From the NCBI GenBank assembly GCA_025451045.1, contig JANWLD010000003.1, forward strand, positions 133,690-197,689: a stretch of DNA of 64,000 bases, written 5' to 3'. Positions 8,404-17,553 of this stretch are shown piece after piece. This stretch comes from Candidatus Saccharimonadales bacterium. Lineage in GTDB: Bacteria > Patescibacteriota > Saccharimonadia > Saccharimonadales > 2-12-FULL-41-12. The notes below the pieces were generated by a model that was given only the letters and a program-made list of their open reading frames with translations, did not search any database and was not told the origin of the DNA. The number at the start of each line of letters is the position of its first letter. Positions within the stretch are counted from its first letter, which is position 1. The position numbers were made by a program, and so were the translations under genes.

Positions 8404-10410
8404 ATGAGCACGGACCAGCAAGCCGCCAATGTAATCCGAATCCTCTCGGCCGCTATGGTTGAGCGAGCAGGCAGCGGCCACCCCGGCGGCGCTATGGGCG
8501 CCGCCGATTTTATTCATGTCCTGTTTTCCGAATTCATGGTCGAAGACCCGGACAATCCGAAATGGCCTTGGCGTGATAGGTTTTTCCTCGATGCCGGGCA
8601 TATGTCGCCGATGATTTACAGTATCCTCACCCTGACTGGCCGGATGCCAATGGAGGAAATAAAAAACTTCCGGCAATGGGGCAGCAAAACTCCCGGTCAC
8701 CCGGAACGGGATTTGGACCTTGGGATAGAAAATACCAGCGGGCCACTCGGCCAAGGCCATGTCTTTGGTGTCGGTGCGGCCATCGCGGCCAAATTCCTAC
8801 AGGCTCGCTTTGGCGATTGGCAGGACCACACCATCTATTGCTTCATCAGCGACGGCGGTATCCAGGAAGAAATCAGCCAAGGCGCTGGGCGTATAGCGGG
8901 CAATCTGGGTTTGTCTAATTTGGTAATGTTCTATGACAGCAACCAAATTCAATTGTCGACCGAAACCAAAGCCGCGACTAGTGAAGATACTGCCAAAAAG
9001 TACGAAGCTTGGGGCTGGCGAACAATTACCATTGAGGGTAATAATCAGGACGAAATAAGAAAGGCGCTAAAAGCCGCCAAGGCTGAAAAATCCAAACCTA
9101 CATTGATTATTGGCAACACTGTCATGGGCAAATTCGCGCTGGACGAACATGGTAAGAAATTCGAACATCAAGTCAGCATGCACGGTATGCCGATTTCCGG
9201 CGCTGGCGGCTCGTATGAGAAAACTATTAAGAATCTTGGCGGCGACGTAGCTAATCCTTTTGTAATTCCCGATTCAGTTAAAGAGCTTTACGGGCAGTCG
9301 GCTGAGCGAAAAAAACAGGATGTTGCCGCTAGCAAAAAAGCGGAGTCGGAGTGGCGCAAAAATAATCTGGACAAAGCCAAGGATTTGGATTTTTACCTGT
9401 CCGGCCAACCGCCAAAGCTTGATTGGGGAAAAATTGCAAAAGAGCAAAAAGCAGATGCCGCAACCCGCGCAACCAGCAGCTATGTGTTGAGCCAGTTTGC
9501 TGAAAATATCGGAAATATGATTGTCATGAGCGCGGACCTAGCTAACAGCGATAAAACTGACGGCTTTTTAAAGAAATCTAAACCGTTTGTTCATGGTGAT
9601 TTTTCCGGCGCTTTTTTGCACTGCGGCGTCTCTGAGTTCACCATGGGCGCTCTGTCTATTGGTATGGCATTGCATGGCGGTGTGATTCCGGTTTGCGGTA
9701 CGTTCTTTGCCTTTTCTGATTATATGAAGCCAACGCTTCGTTTGGCGGCGCTGATGGAAGTTCCGGTCAAGTTTATGTGGACGCACGATGCTTTTCGCGT
9801 CGGCGAAGACGGCCCTACCCACCAGCCGGTTGAACAGGAAGCCCAATTGCGCCTGCTAGAGAAAGTTCATAACCATAGCGGCAAGCCCGGCTTCTTGGCG
9901 CTTCGTCCGGCAGATGGCGCTGAAACGACCGTTGCCTGGAAGATGGCTCTAGAAAATACTTCCACGCCAACGGGGCTTATCTTTACCCGCCAAAATATAG
10001 TTGATGTTACGGATTACAAACTGGCTCTAAACGCCGAGAAAGGCGCATACATTGCCCATGAGCCTAAAGGAAAGCCAGAGCTGGTAATTGTAGCTAACGG
10101 CAGCGAAGTCGGCTCGGCTTACGCCGCCATAAAGATGATTAAAGGAAAAAATATCCGTCTTGTGTCTGTTCCGAGCGAAGGCTTGTTCCGTGAACAACCC
10201 AAGGCTTACCAAGATTCAATCCTGCCAAGAGATGTCCCCCGATTCGGCGTGACAGCTGGCTTGGCTGTAAACCTGCTAGGACTTGTCGGTGATATAGATA
10301 GAATCCACAGTCTTGAGCATTTCGGCTTCAGCGCGCCTTATCAAAAGCTGGACGAAGAATTCGGCTTCACCCCAAAAGCCCTCGCTAAAGAAATCAAAGA
10401 GCTGGTTTAA
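8404..10410 (+). CDS. tkt: Transketolase
   Basis: GSGHPGGAMGAAD ThDP motif and full-length family features; start placed at MSTDQQ after SD AAGAGGTGG (track ORF starts at 8365). Confidence 0.93.
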   Translation: MSTDQQAANVIRILSAAMVERAGSGHPGGAMGAADFIHVLFSEFMVEDPDNPKWPWRDRFFLDAGHMSPMIYSILTLTGRMPMEEIKNFRQWGSKTPGHPERDLDLGIENTSGPLGQGHVFGVGAAIAAKFLQARFGDWQDHTIYCFISDGGIQEEISQGAGRIAGNLGLSNLVMFYDSNQIQLSTETKAATSEDTAKKYEAWGWRTITIEGNNQDEIRKALKAAKAEKSKPTLIIGNTVMGKFALDEHGKKFEHQVSMHGMPISGAGGSYEKTIKNLGGDVANPFVIPDSVKELYGQSAERKKQDVAASKKAESEWRKNNLDKAKDLDFYLSGQPPKLDWGKIAKEQKADAATRATSSYVLSQFAENIGNMIVMSADLANSDKTDGFLKKSKPFVHGDFSGAFLHCGVSEFTMGALSIGMALHGGVIPVCGTFFAFSDYMKPTLRLAALMEVPVKFMWTHDAFRVGEDGPTHQPVEQEAQLRLLEKVHNHSGKPGFLALRPADGAETTVAWKMALENTSTPTGLIFTRQNIVDVTDYKLALNAEKGAYIAHEPKGKPELVIVANGSEVGSAYAAIKMIKGKNIRLVSVPSEGLFREQPKAYQDSILPRDVPRFGVTAGLAVNLLGLVGDIDRIHSLEHFGFSAPYQKLDEEFGFTPKALAKEIKELV

Positions 10411-11054
10411 GCTCGGCCTAATCTCAGTTGTAGTTCATGGCGCTGTGTAGAAAGAGCGCTTGCTCCAAGTTCTACCATGCTGGATTCTACAGCTTCGGCT
10501 TGAGCTTCGCTGAATTCTTTATACGCTCCGACAAACTTTTCCAAGAAAGCTATGGATTTATCCCCTATACCTTCTACGCCCATAGTTCCATCTTTTAGCT
10601 TTTCTACCAACTCTGCTATTTTCTCAGCCTTAAAACCCGAAGTGTAAAAATGGATATATCCATTTTGAGGATAAGAATCTTTCTGTACATAGCTTTCATC
10701 TGTGTCATCCGGTAGATTCCGAGCTAGTGTATTAAACGTATAAGTAGCCATTTTTACCTGCATAGACTGGTTACTATCTGCAGCGTAAGCTTCGTATAGC
10801 GCAAAACTCTTTAAACAATCTTTCGTTACAAGCTCTACAATTCCATCTTCGGCTTCAAAAGCTTCAGTAAAAGTAGGCTCTGCTGGCGGTTTAGGTGTGT
10901 CATCTTCTAGGGGAACTACCGATATATTTGCCCGAGCTGCAAGATCCATATCCGCTATTTCAGCCACCAATGTCGAAGCGTCCTTTTCAGGCAATGCAAC
11001 GCGCACTTCGGTCATATTGAGGTCCGCTTCTGTCATAAGTTTAAATAATAACAC
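10407..11054 (-). CDS. Hypothetical acidic protein, last gene of the Y-family polymerase cassette
   Basis: 215-aa ORF co-oriented 33 nt downstream of the polymerase; no motif recognised. Confidence 0.5.
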   Translation of the reverse strand: MLLFKLMTEADLNMTEVRVALPEKDASTLVAEIADMDLAARANISVVPLEDDTPKPPAEPTFTEAFEAEDGIVELVTKDCLKSFALYEAYAADSNQSMQVKMATYTFNTLARNLPDDTDESYVQKDSYPQNGYIHFYTSGFKAEKIAELVEKLKDGTMGVEGIGDKSIAFLEKFVGAYKEFSEAQAEAVESSMVELGASALSTQRHELQLRLGRA

Positions 11055-11087
11055 AAAATAACCACATTGTCTAATTTATAGGCTTAT

Positions 11088-12377
11088 CTAACTGTCTTTG
11101 AAGAGGAGGTCGAGGTATTTGGTGCCGGTGAATGGTATCTTCTGTTTGACGATATGTTTGCCTTTGAGTGTGTTGAGCGAGTGGATGACGAAGTTGCCAT
11201 AGCGTTGGTTGAGTTCGTCTACCGCTTCGGTTAGCCATTCCTGCTTATTTACCTCTTCAAACAGGCTGGGTTGATTTCTGGTAGTCGGCGTCAGGTTGTA
11301 ACATGTTATCCCCATGATGGTCAGGTTGGTATGCCGCGGACGAGCTTGGAAAAGCTTTAGCGCCCGAGCGTAAATTTCTTTGTCGGTATAAAAACTTTCT
11401 TTGTAGGTACGCTTGGCGTGCCAGCGCTCGCCGGTTGCTAATCCGGCCCAGACTACTATGCTGCGGGCATCAGCGCCGTTGTATCGTAGTTTCTTGCCGG
11501 TAGTTTCGCATAGATAGTGAAAGCGTGGCAGAAGCTCCTCGTCCTTGTTGGTTCGCTTATCCAGCGCGAATTGTCGGCCCACCTGCCCTAACCGTGTCGG
11601 TTCATCATCTACTTCATAACCGCGCAGGCGCTGATACCATTCATCACCAACGATTCCATGAAAGACTAATCTGCGCAGAGTATCGGCGCTAGCGTTTAAA
11701 AAATCCAGGGGCGTGAAGATATCGACAGAATTCAACCGGGCTTTGTAATGTCTGGCTATTCCCGGCAAGTCGGTCAGCTCCAGCGAATCATAAATTTCCA
11801 TAAGATTTGTGTGGTCGATGGTGTCCAGCCCGTCCGGTTTGTGAAGGCTGGCTGCCGTTTTGGCCAAAAAGCGATTCTGGCCGATACCGATATTGACCTT
11901 TATCCAATGCCCCAGCTCGCTTTTAAGCCGGGCTTTTATCCCCAGGGCAATTTCATGAAGCGGACGCGGATTAACTATGTTTCGAGTGCCATGAAAATCA
12001 ATTAACCCCTCATCTATACTGCGCATTTTTACGTTCGGCGAATAGCTTTTCATAATATTTGCCAGCTTTTGGTGAACATAAAGATATTTGGGCGGGTCGG
12101 TTTCAAGCAGTACCAGCTCTGGTACGAGTTGTCTGGCTTCAATAAGTCCCATGCCGACTTTCACCCCGCGGTTCTTGGCTTCGTAGCTGGCGGCGATAAT
12201 GCAGCAATTTTTGGAAATGCGGTTGGTCATGCCAAGCGGTTTTCCCCGCAAGCTCGGCCTTGCCTGCTGTTCGGTCATAGCGAACGCGCTGTTGAGATCG
12301 ATATGCATGATTTGTGCCGGCTCTCTACTAATCGGCAGATGCCCCCATTTCAAGTCTTGCGAGCGCTGGGTTTTCAT
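11088..12377 (-). CDS. Y-family (DinB/ImpB-type) translesion DNA polymerase
   Basis: IMHIDLNSAFAMTEQ and SIDEGLIDF catalytic motifs; start set at MKTQRS, which restores an ATGA overlap with the upstream ORF once the inserted element is removed (track ORF extends to 12407). Confidence 0.85.
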   Translation of the reverse strand: MKTQRSQDLKWGHLPISREPAQIMHIDLNSAFAMTEQQARPSLRGKPLGMTNRISKNCCIIAASYEAKNRGVKVGMGLIEARQLVPELVLLETDPPKYLYVHQKLANIMKSYSPNVKMRSIDEGLIDFHGTRNIVNPRPLHEIALGIKARLKSELGHWIKVNIGIGQNRFLAKTAASLHKPDGLDTIDHTNLMEIYDSLELTDLPGIARHYKARLNSVDIFTPLDFLNASADTLRRLVFHGIVGDEWYQRLRGYEVDDEPTRLGQVGRQFALDKRTNKDEELLPRFHYLCETTGKKLRYNGADARSIVVWAGLATGERWHAKRTYKESFYTDKEIYARALKLFQARPRHTNLTIMGITCYNLTPTTRNQPSLFEEVNKQEWLTEAVDELNQRYGNFVIHSLNTLKGKHIVKQKIPFTGTKYLDLLFKDS

Positions 12378-12443
12378 CCCGTAGTGAGCCTCCAAGTTGC
12401 TACGCAAAAGTCCAACGAAAGTTCTTGGAGATCTACTACGGGA
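12378..12443 (-). mobile_element. Palindromic insertion element, copy C (MITE/PATE-like)
   Basis: Minus strand reads TCCCGTAGTAGATC...GGCTCACTACGGG, flanked by 5-bp direct repeat TTCAT (12373-12377, 12444-12448). Stem is 10 bp, then an AGAU/GCUC internal loop, then 7 bp (CTCCAAG/CTTGGAG). Confidence 0.55.
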
Positions 12444-12444
12444 T

Positions 12445-12720
12445 TCATGACTCGCCCTCGATTATTGTTACCAGCTTCCAAGTAAGCATCTCGGCGTCGA
12501 ATTCCAGCCGGTAATCATTTGCCCCGTCGCTCATGTCAAAAACATGTACCATTCGCTGTCCCTTAGTCGTCGGGTGGCGCAGACCAAGCTCGGTAAAGGC
12601 TATTTCCTTTTTGCCCCACCGCATCTTAACAGGCATTATCATATAAGCCGGATCCCCGTGGGATGCGAACCGGGTTATGACTTCTACCCTGTCGTTTATC
12701 TCTATAAAATTCATATACAA
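12445..12720 (-). CDS. Hypothetical 91-aa protein, first gene of the polymerase cassette
   Basis: ORF directly upstream of and co-oriented with the polymerase; originally overlapped its start (ATGA); no motif recognised. Confidence 0.55.
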   Translation of the reverse strand: MYMNFIEINDRVEVITRFASHGDPAYMIMPVKMRWGKKEIAFTELGLRHPTTKGQRMVHVFDMSDGANDYRLEFDAEMLTWKLVTIIEGES

Positions 12721-12884
12721 ACCTTCCGGATAAGTTACTTACAAGAACGGGTTTTAGAGTGTGGGTATCAAGGTTAGAGTAAGCTTACCGTTCAAAACTT
12801 TCTCGTTACCAAGAAACCGGTTTGTATATGAGGATTCGCAGGGACCGTAGTATGCGTTCCTGTTGTCTATTATAACAAAAAGCT

Positions 12885-13271
12885 TTAGGTGGTTTTGAGG
12901 CTGTTTAGGAACTGGACGAGTTGTTTTGGCGTGATTTCGGCTTTGATGAAATAGGCGTCGGCCTGCCGTTCTATGTCTTCGCGGGCTTCGTCGCTTTCCT
13001 GCAGGTTGGTGGTTATGACGATTTTGGCTTTGAGGTCTGGCATTTCGTGCCGCAGGGTTTTGAGTACGTCAACGCCAAGAATGTCAGGAATCATCAGGTC
13101 GAGCAGGATAATGTCATAGGTGTTGGTTTTAGCCTGGGCCAATCCCTCCACCCCGCTTTTAGCGATGCGTACCTCGTAGCCTTCTTTTTCCAGCGCGCGG
13201 GAATAAAGCTCGCTGATGAAGTCTTCATCTTCGATGCATAGAACTTTGATTGGTGTATCAGATATTTGCAT
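12885..13271 (-). CDS. Single-domain (CheY-like) response regulator
   Basis: 128 aa, receiver domain only (EDEDF...LLDLMIPD...TT...K). Confidence 0.88.
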   Translation of the reverse strand: MQISDTPIKVLCIEDEDFISELYSRALEKEGYEVRIAKSGVEGLAQAKTNTYDIILLDLMIPDILGVDVLKTLRHEMPDLKAKIVITTNLQESDEAREDIERQADAYFIKAEITPKQLVQFLNSLKTT

Positions 13272-13283
13272 ATTGTTATCTTG

Positions 13284-14819
13284 TTACTGCCTCGAAAGCG
13301 AATGGTTCTTTATCCAGCCATGAGCGCTCCTGGTTATGTCACTATTATCGCCTGACTTGTCTTTGTCCGCAAGGTTGGTATAAGGCAGAATGGTAAAGCC
13401 GAAGATGGTACCCTCGTTCTCTTTAGAGCGGACCCAGATATTACCGCCGTGCGCGGCAACCAGCGCCTTGCTCAGATATAAGCCCAACCCGGTACCTGCA
13501 ATATAGGAGCGGTTGCGGTGGTTGCGCGAATATTTTTCAAACAGATGCGGCATAACGGTTTCCGGTATGCCGACGCCGAAGTCCTCTATGGTAGTCTCAA
13601 CAAGATTATCCTTGGTCATGGCTACGTTGACCTTGATTAGGGTCTTGTCGTGCGGGCTGTATTTGATGGCGTTATCCAGCAAGTTGATTACTACTTCGGC
13701 GATGCTGACTTTATCAATACCGACTGGCGGCAGGCCTTCGGGTATGGTTAGCTGAATCACTTTGCCGTGGACCTTGGCGCGCATCTGCATGGTATTAACC
13801 ACGTTGGTTAGCGTATCTTTCCAGTTTTCTTCAGTTAGCTTCAGGCTAAGCTGGTTTTGTTCAATACGCGCCACGTTTAAGATATTACCGACAAAAGCCG
13901 TCAGGTTCTCGGCCGCGGCTTGCATTTTCTGCATGAAACTTTGCATTTCCGGATTCAGGCCGGGCCCGAGCTCTTCCTCAAAAACTTCGACATAACCCTT
14001 TAAAATCGTAAGCGGCGTACGTAGTTCATGGACGGCCAGCGCGATAAAGCTCAGTTCTTGCTCTTCGCCGCTATAAGCTTCGGTTTCGTCAAACGCTACC
14101 AAGACCACTTCGGCATTATTCTGCCCGACCTGCTTGGTGTAACTGGCCGCCAAATCACAATAGCGGGCCTCTTCGCCGTAAGATGTCATGCGGACACCGT
14201 GCCAAACCTTCTGCGCGGTGACGGCACTAGCGCGGCACTGCTTTATCCAATCTTCCAGAGTTATGTCGTGTTTGAACATGATGTCAAACTGGCTATAAAG
14301 GCTTTTCCCGGCTAAGGCTTCTTTCGTCTTGGCATACTCCTGGGCTTTAGGATTGGCAAAGACAATATTCGCGTCACTGCCGATGCCAATTACGCAGACC
14401 GGTAACTGTTGAATGCTCGTAGCGGCCGGTGTGGACTGGGTCTGCAAAGTAGGATCGGCTGAATGTGAAGCATACTCATAGACTTGATGCGTAAGGTTGG
14501 TAACCAGCTCTTTGGCAAGCCCGAGTTTTTCTACCTCAGGCGCTGGAATTGGCAGCGGCGACGGCGAAACGTGCATGATGGCCTGAGCCAGCGCGGTCAA
14601 CGGCTTGGTAACCTGTTTTGCTATGAAAGTACCAACAATAAGCGACACAAGTATCCATGTACCTGCCAAAAAGCCTAGGGTTACCAAAGGTTTTTCGTCC
14701 AGCCAAGTGATACTTGCCCACCATAAACCGAGCAAAATTACGCCGCTCAGCAGCAGCCAGCCTATCAGATATAACCTGATTGCTTTTTGAGCTTTCTCTA
14801 AATATCCCGGTCCACCCAT
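13284..14819 (-). CDS. Membrane sensor histidine kinase
   Basis: Two N-terminal TM segments, H-box VHELRTP, DNAIKYS, DFGVGIP, GTGLGLYLSK. Confidence 0.88.
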   Translation of the reverse strand: MGGPGYLEKAQKAIRLYLIGWLLLSGVILLGLWWASITWLDEKPLVTLGFLAGTWILVSLIVGTFIAKQVTKPLTALAQAIMHVSPSPLPIPAPEVEKLGLAKELVTNLTHQVYEYASHSADPTLQTQSTPAATSIQQLPVCVIGIGSDANIVFANPKAQEYAKTKEALAGKSLYSQFDIMFKHDITLEDWIKQCRASAVTAQKVWHGVRMTSYGEEARYCDLAASYTKQVGQNNAEVVLVAFDETEAYSGEEQELSFIALAVHELRTPLTILKGYVEVFEEELGPGLNPEMQSFMQKMQAAAENLTAFVGNILNVARIEQNQLSLKLTEENWKDTLTNVVNTMQMRAKVHGKVIQLTIPEGLPPVGIDKVSIAEVVINLLDNAIKYSPHDKTLIKVNVAMTKDNLVETTIEDFGVGIPETVMPHLFEKYSRNHRNRSYIAGTGLGLYLSKALVAAHGGNIWVRSKENEGTIFGFTILPYTNLADKDKSGDNSDITRSAHGWIKNHSLSRQ

Positions 14820-14826
14820 ATTTTGT

Positions 14827-16038
14827 TTAGCGGCCGTACTTTACATCACTCGGACTTTTTACTAGAGTTACCCAAGTCTGGCCGGGGTCAAGCGCAAGTT
14901 TGTTGCCGTCGGCATCATAGAAAGTAAACTGTTCGTTGCTTTTACCTTTTTTCCAAGTGCCTTTTTGAACCTGTCCGTCCTGGAATACAAACATTTTGCC
15001 CGGTCCCCTGGTTCCATATACTGAGTATATGCCGTTCTGCGAATATGGCATTACCAGCGCGATTACCACTTTGGGCGTTAGCTGTTTGTGGGATTTGTAG
15101 TCGTTATGCGGCCTGCCGCCTTCGCTTCGTTTATAAACATTTGACTTCGGCGCGTAATCATAATGGACGTTATAAAGCGGCCCGGAGAGAATGAAATCTA
15201 TTTTGGTTGCTTTAGGGGTTTTTCCGGATTCTTCCGGTTTTCTCAGCCAGCTGGTGAAATTGCTGGAAGTAAAGCCTCGTTTTTTGCTGGCCGCATCAAG
15301 CCCGTTCATTGAGGTGTAGAGATTATGCGGAGCAAAACGATTGCTCACTCTGTGGTAAGCGCTAAAATTCTTGAAATAATCAAGATCTTTTACATGCAGC
15401 CTGCCTAGTTTGGCTAAGCCTGCCCCGCTGCCGCCGGCGTGGGCGATTGCGGCATCAAATGGCAGGAATAAATCGATGTAATATGGCCTGACGGATCGGA
15501 CAGGGCCGATATAATCCGGACGGGATTCTAAAAATAGCGCGTTAAATCGGGTAATTCCCCCCTCTGCTATGGCTTCGAAGACTATTCCGGCGTCTTTTAG
15601 GCCCGATTGCGGCCGGGCGTCCGGACTGTTTTCTATCATTATTGCCGTTACCGCCCGTTTATTCAGTTTTTTGGATATTTCAACACCGGTCAGTCTTGAA
15701 GGTTCGGTATCTTTTTCTTCAAATTTACCGACAATTGCCGAATTGGGGTCGGAGCTTCTGCTCAAGGCCTTGGCAAGGGCATATATTCCAGTGCCGCCGG
15801 CTATGAGCAAAACTGCCATTATCAGGCCGCCGCCAAGTTTTTGGTTCTTACTGCTGGGCCAAAGGGCCATCCCTACGCTTAAGAACTTATGGGCATGGCG
15901 TTTGATTATGCCTTTTTGGCCGGACGGTCTTATGCTGCCCGAATCGTTGGCTACTAATGAGTCAACCTGATTTTGGGTGTTTTGGTTTAAAGCGTTTTTG
16001 TTTTTGTTCTCCCAAGGAGAACCCTCGTTTTCATTCAT
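14827..16038 (-). CDS. DUF3048 (YerB-like) membrane-anchored protein
   Basis: MIENSPDARPQSGL...GGITRFNALF core resembles DUF3048; single TM after a disordered N-terminus. Confidence 0.72.
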   Translation of the reverse strand: MNENEGSPWENKNKNALNQNTQNQVDSLVANDSGSIRPSGQKGIIKRHAHKFLSVGMALWPSSKNQKLGGGLIMAVLLIAGGTGIYALAKALSRSSDPNSAIVGKFEEKDTEPSRLTGVEISKKLNKRAVTAIMIENSPDARPQSGLKDAGIVFEAIAEGGITRFNALFLESRPDYIGPVRSVRPYYIDLFLPFDAAIAHAGGSGAGLAKLGRLHVKDLDYFKNFSAYHRVSNRFAPHNLYTSMNGLDAASKKRGFTSSNFTSWLRKPEESGKTPKATKIDFILSGPLYNVHYDYAPKSNVYKRSEGGRPHNDYKSHKQLTPKVVIALVMPYSQNGIYSVYGTRGPGKMFVFQDGQVQKGTWKKGKSNEQFTFYDADGNKLALDPGQTWVTLVKSPSDVKYGR

Positions 16039-16080
16039 AAGAAGAATATACCATATTTAACAGGTCTTTAACAGATGATT

Positions 16081-17490
16081 TTACAAGTCCTGCAACTGTT
16101 TTCCAAGCCGATTCAGGCAGGTCTTTTGGCCCAGTACTTCCATTGTCTCAGCCAACCCCGGGCTTGAGGCGGCTTGCGTAGTGGCGATGCGTATCAGGCT
16201 GAAGAGCACCGCCGGCTTTTCACCGGTGGTTTGAAGCAGCCCATTCAATGTTTCCTGAAGTTTATCGGCTTTAAACCCAGCTAGCTTTTCCAGCTCGGTT
16301 TTAGTAATTTCCAGCAGTTCTTTGAGCTGGCTTTTGTCGTATTTTTTTAGTTGCTTGTGTTCGCTTATCAGCTTTGGATTTACTGGCAAATCCTCAAAGA
16401 AAAAGCCCGTCAACTCTGGCAATTCGGCAAAAAATTTAAGCCGCTGCTGGACCAATGAAAGCACTTTATTTTTATATTCTTCATCATAATTTTCGGCAGT
16501 TTTGGGCCAAAAACCACTCACCTTTTTATAAAGTTCATCAAGTTTCATGTGCCGGATATGCGCGCCATTGAGCCAGCTCAATCGCCGTTCGTCGAAATGC
16601 GCGCCGCTTTTTTGAATTCGGTTCAGGCTGAATTTTTTAATCAGTTCGTCAATGGTAAATACTTCCTGCTCTGTGCCGTCGTTCCAGCCCAGTGCGGCTA
16701 AAAAGTTTATCATCGCTTCGGGCAGATAACCTTGCTCGCGATATTCTAAAATATCCTTGGCGCCGTCGCGCTTGGACAGCTTTTTGTTGCCCTGTTCGTT
16801 TAATATATGCGGCACAGTTACAAAAGTTGGAGGGTTTTCGCCTAGGGCCTCGTGCAGGTTGCGGTAATTCGGCAAGCTAGCTAAAAACTCCTGCCCGCGG
16901 ATAACGTGGCTTATCTTCATCTCCAGATCGTCGACCACATGGGCAAAATTATAGGTTGGAAAGCCATCGGATTTTATCAGGATAAAGTCATCAATTACTT
17001 CGGGACCGGTCTTAAGCTCCCCCATTACTTCGTCATGTGTGGTGTAATCTTTGGGCTCGGATTTGAACCTTAACGGCGTCTTGCCGTCCCAAGCGGGTGG
17101 GTTTTCCGGCCGGTGGTTCCGGTACAAAAACGGCTTTTTCTCGGCTTGGGCTTGCTCGCGGAATTTTTGAACTTCCTGTGGACTGTATGGGTCGCTGTAA
17201 GCTCTGCCGGCTTCAATCAGCCTGCCGGCGTATTGTCTGTACAGTTCCAGCCTCTCACTTTGAAAGAAAGGCCCTTCGTCAGGGTTTAGATTAAGCCACT
17301 CCAGGCAATCTCTGATGTGTTGCTCTGCTCCGTCGACTTTGCGCTTCTGGTCGGTATCTTCTATCCGCAAGATAAACTGGCCGCCGGCTTGTTTTGCGAC
17401 CAGCCACGCGAACAGAGCGGTGCGCATGCCGCCGGCGTGTAAAAAGCCCGTTGGGCTCGGCGCAAACCTCGTATGAACATTTTTTGACAT
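16081..17490 (-). CDS. gltX: Glutamate--tRNA ligase
   Basis: RFAPSPTGFLHAGG (HIGH-type) and KLSKRDG (KMSKS-type) motifs; start set at MSKNVHTRF (track ORF extends to 17520). Confidence 0.93.
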   Translation of the reverse strand: MSKNVHTRFAPSPTGFLHAGGMRTALFAWLVAKQAGGQFILRIEDTDQKRKVDGAEQHIRDCLEWLNLNPDEGPFFQSERLELYRQYAGRLIEAGRAYSDPYSPQEVQKFREQAQAEKKPFLYRNHRPENPPAWDGKTPLRFKSEPKDYTTHDEVMGELKTGPEVIDDFILIKSDGFPTYNFAHVVDDLEMKISHVIRGQEFLASLPNYRNLHEALGENPPTFVTVPHILNEQGNKKLSKRDGAKDILEYREQGYLPEAMINFLAALGWNDGTEQEVFTIDELIKKFSLNRIQKSGAHFDERRLSWLNGAHIRHMKLDELYKKVSGFWPKTAENYDEEYKNKVLSLVQQRLKFFAELPELTGFFFEDLPVNPKLISEHKQLKKYDKSQLKELLEITKTELEKLAGFKADKLQETLNGLLQTTGEKPAVLFSLIRIATTQAASSPGLAETMEVLGQKTCLNRLGKQLQDL

Positions 17491-17553
17491 TAAATGTATT
17501 TTAACAGTGTTCTTTATCAAAAGAACATAAGTTTGATGATATTCTAAAGAATT

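Noticed and set aside
12721-12884. SOS (LexA/Cheo-type) box upstream of the polymerase cassette
   Set aside because: There is no GAAC-N4-GTTC or CTGT-N8-ACAG pattern. Only the palindrome GTAAGCTTAC and a degenerate half-site of the palindromic element (ACCGTAGTATGCG, about 12846-12858) are present, which does not support a call.
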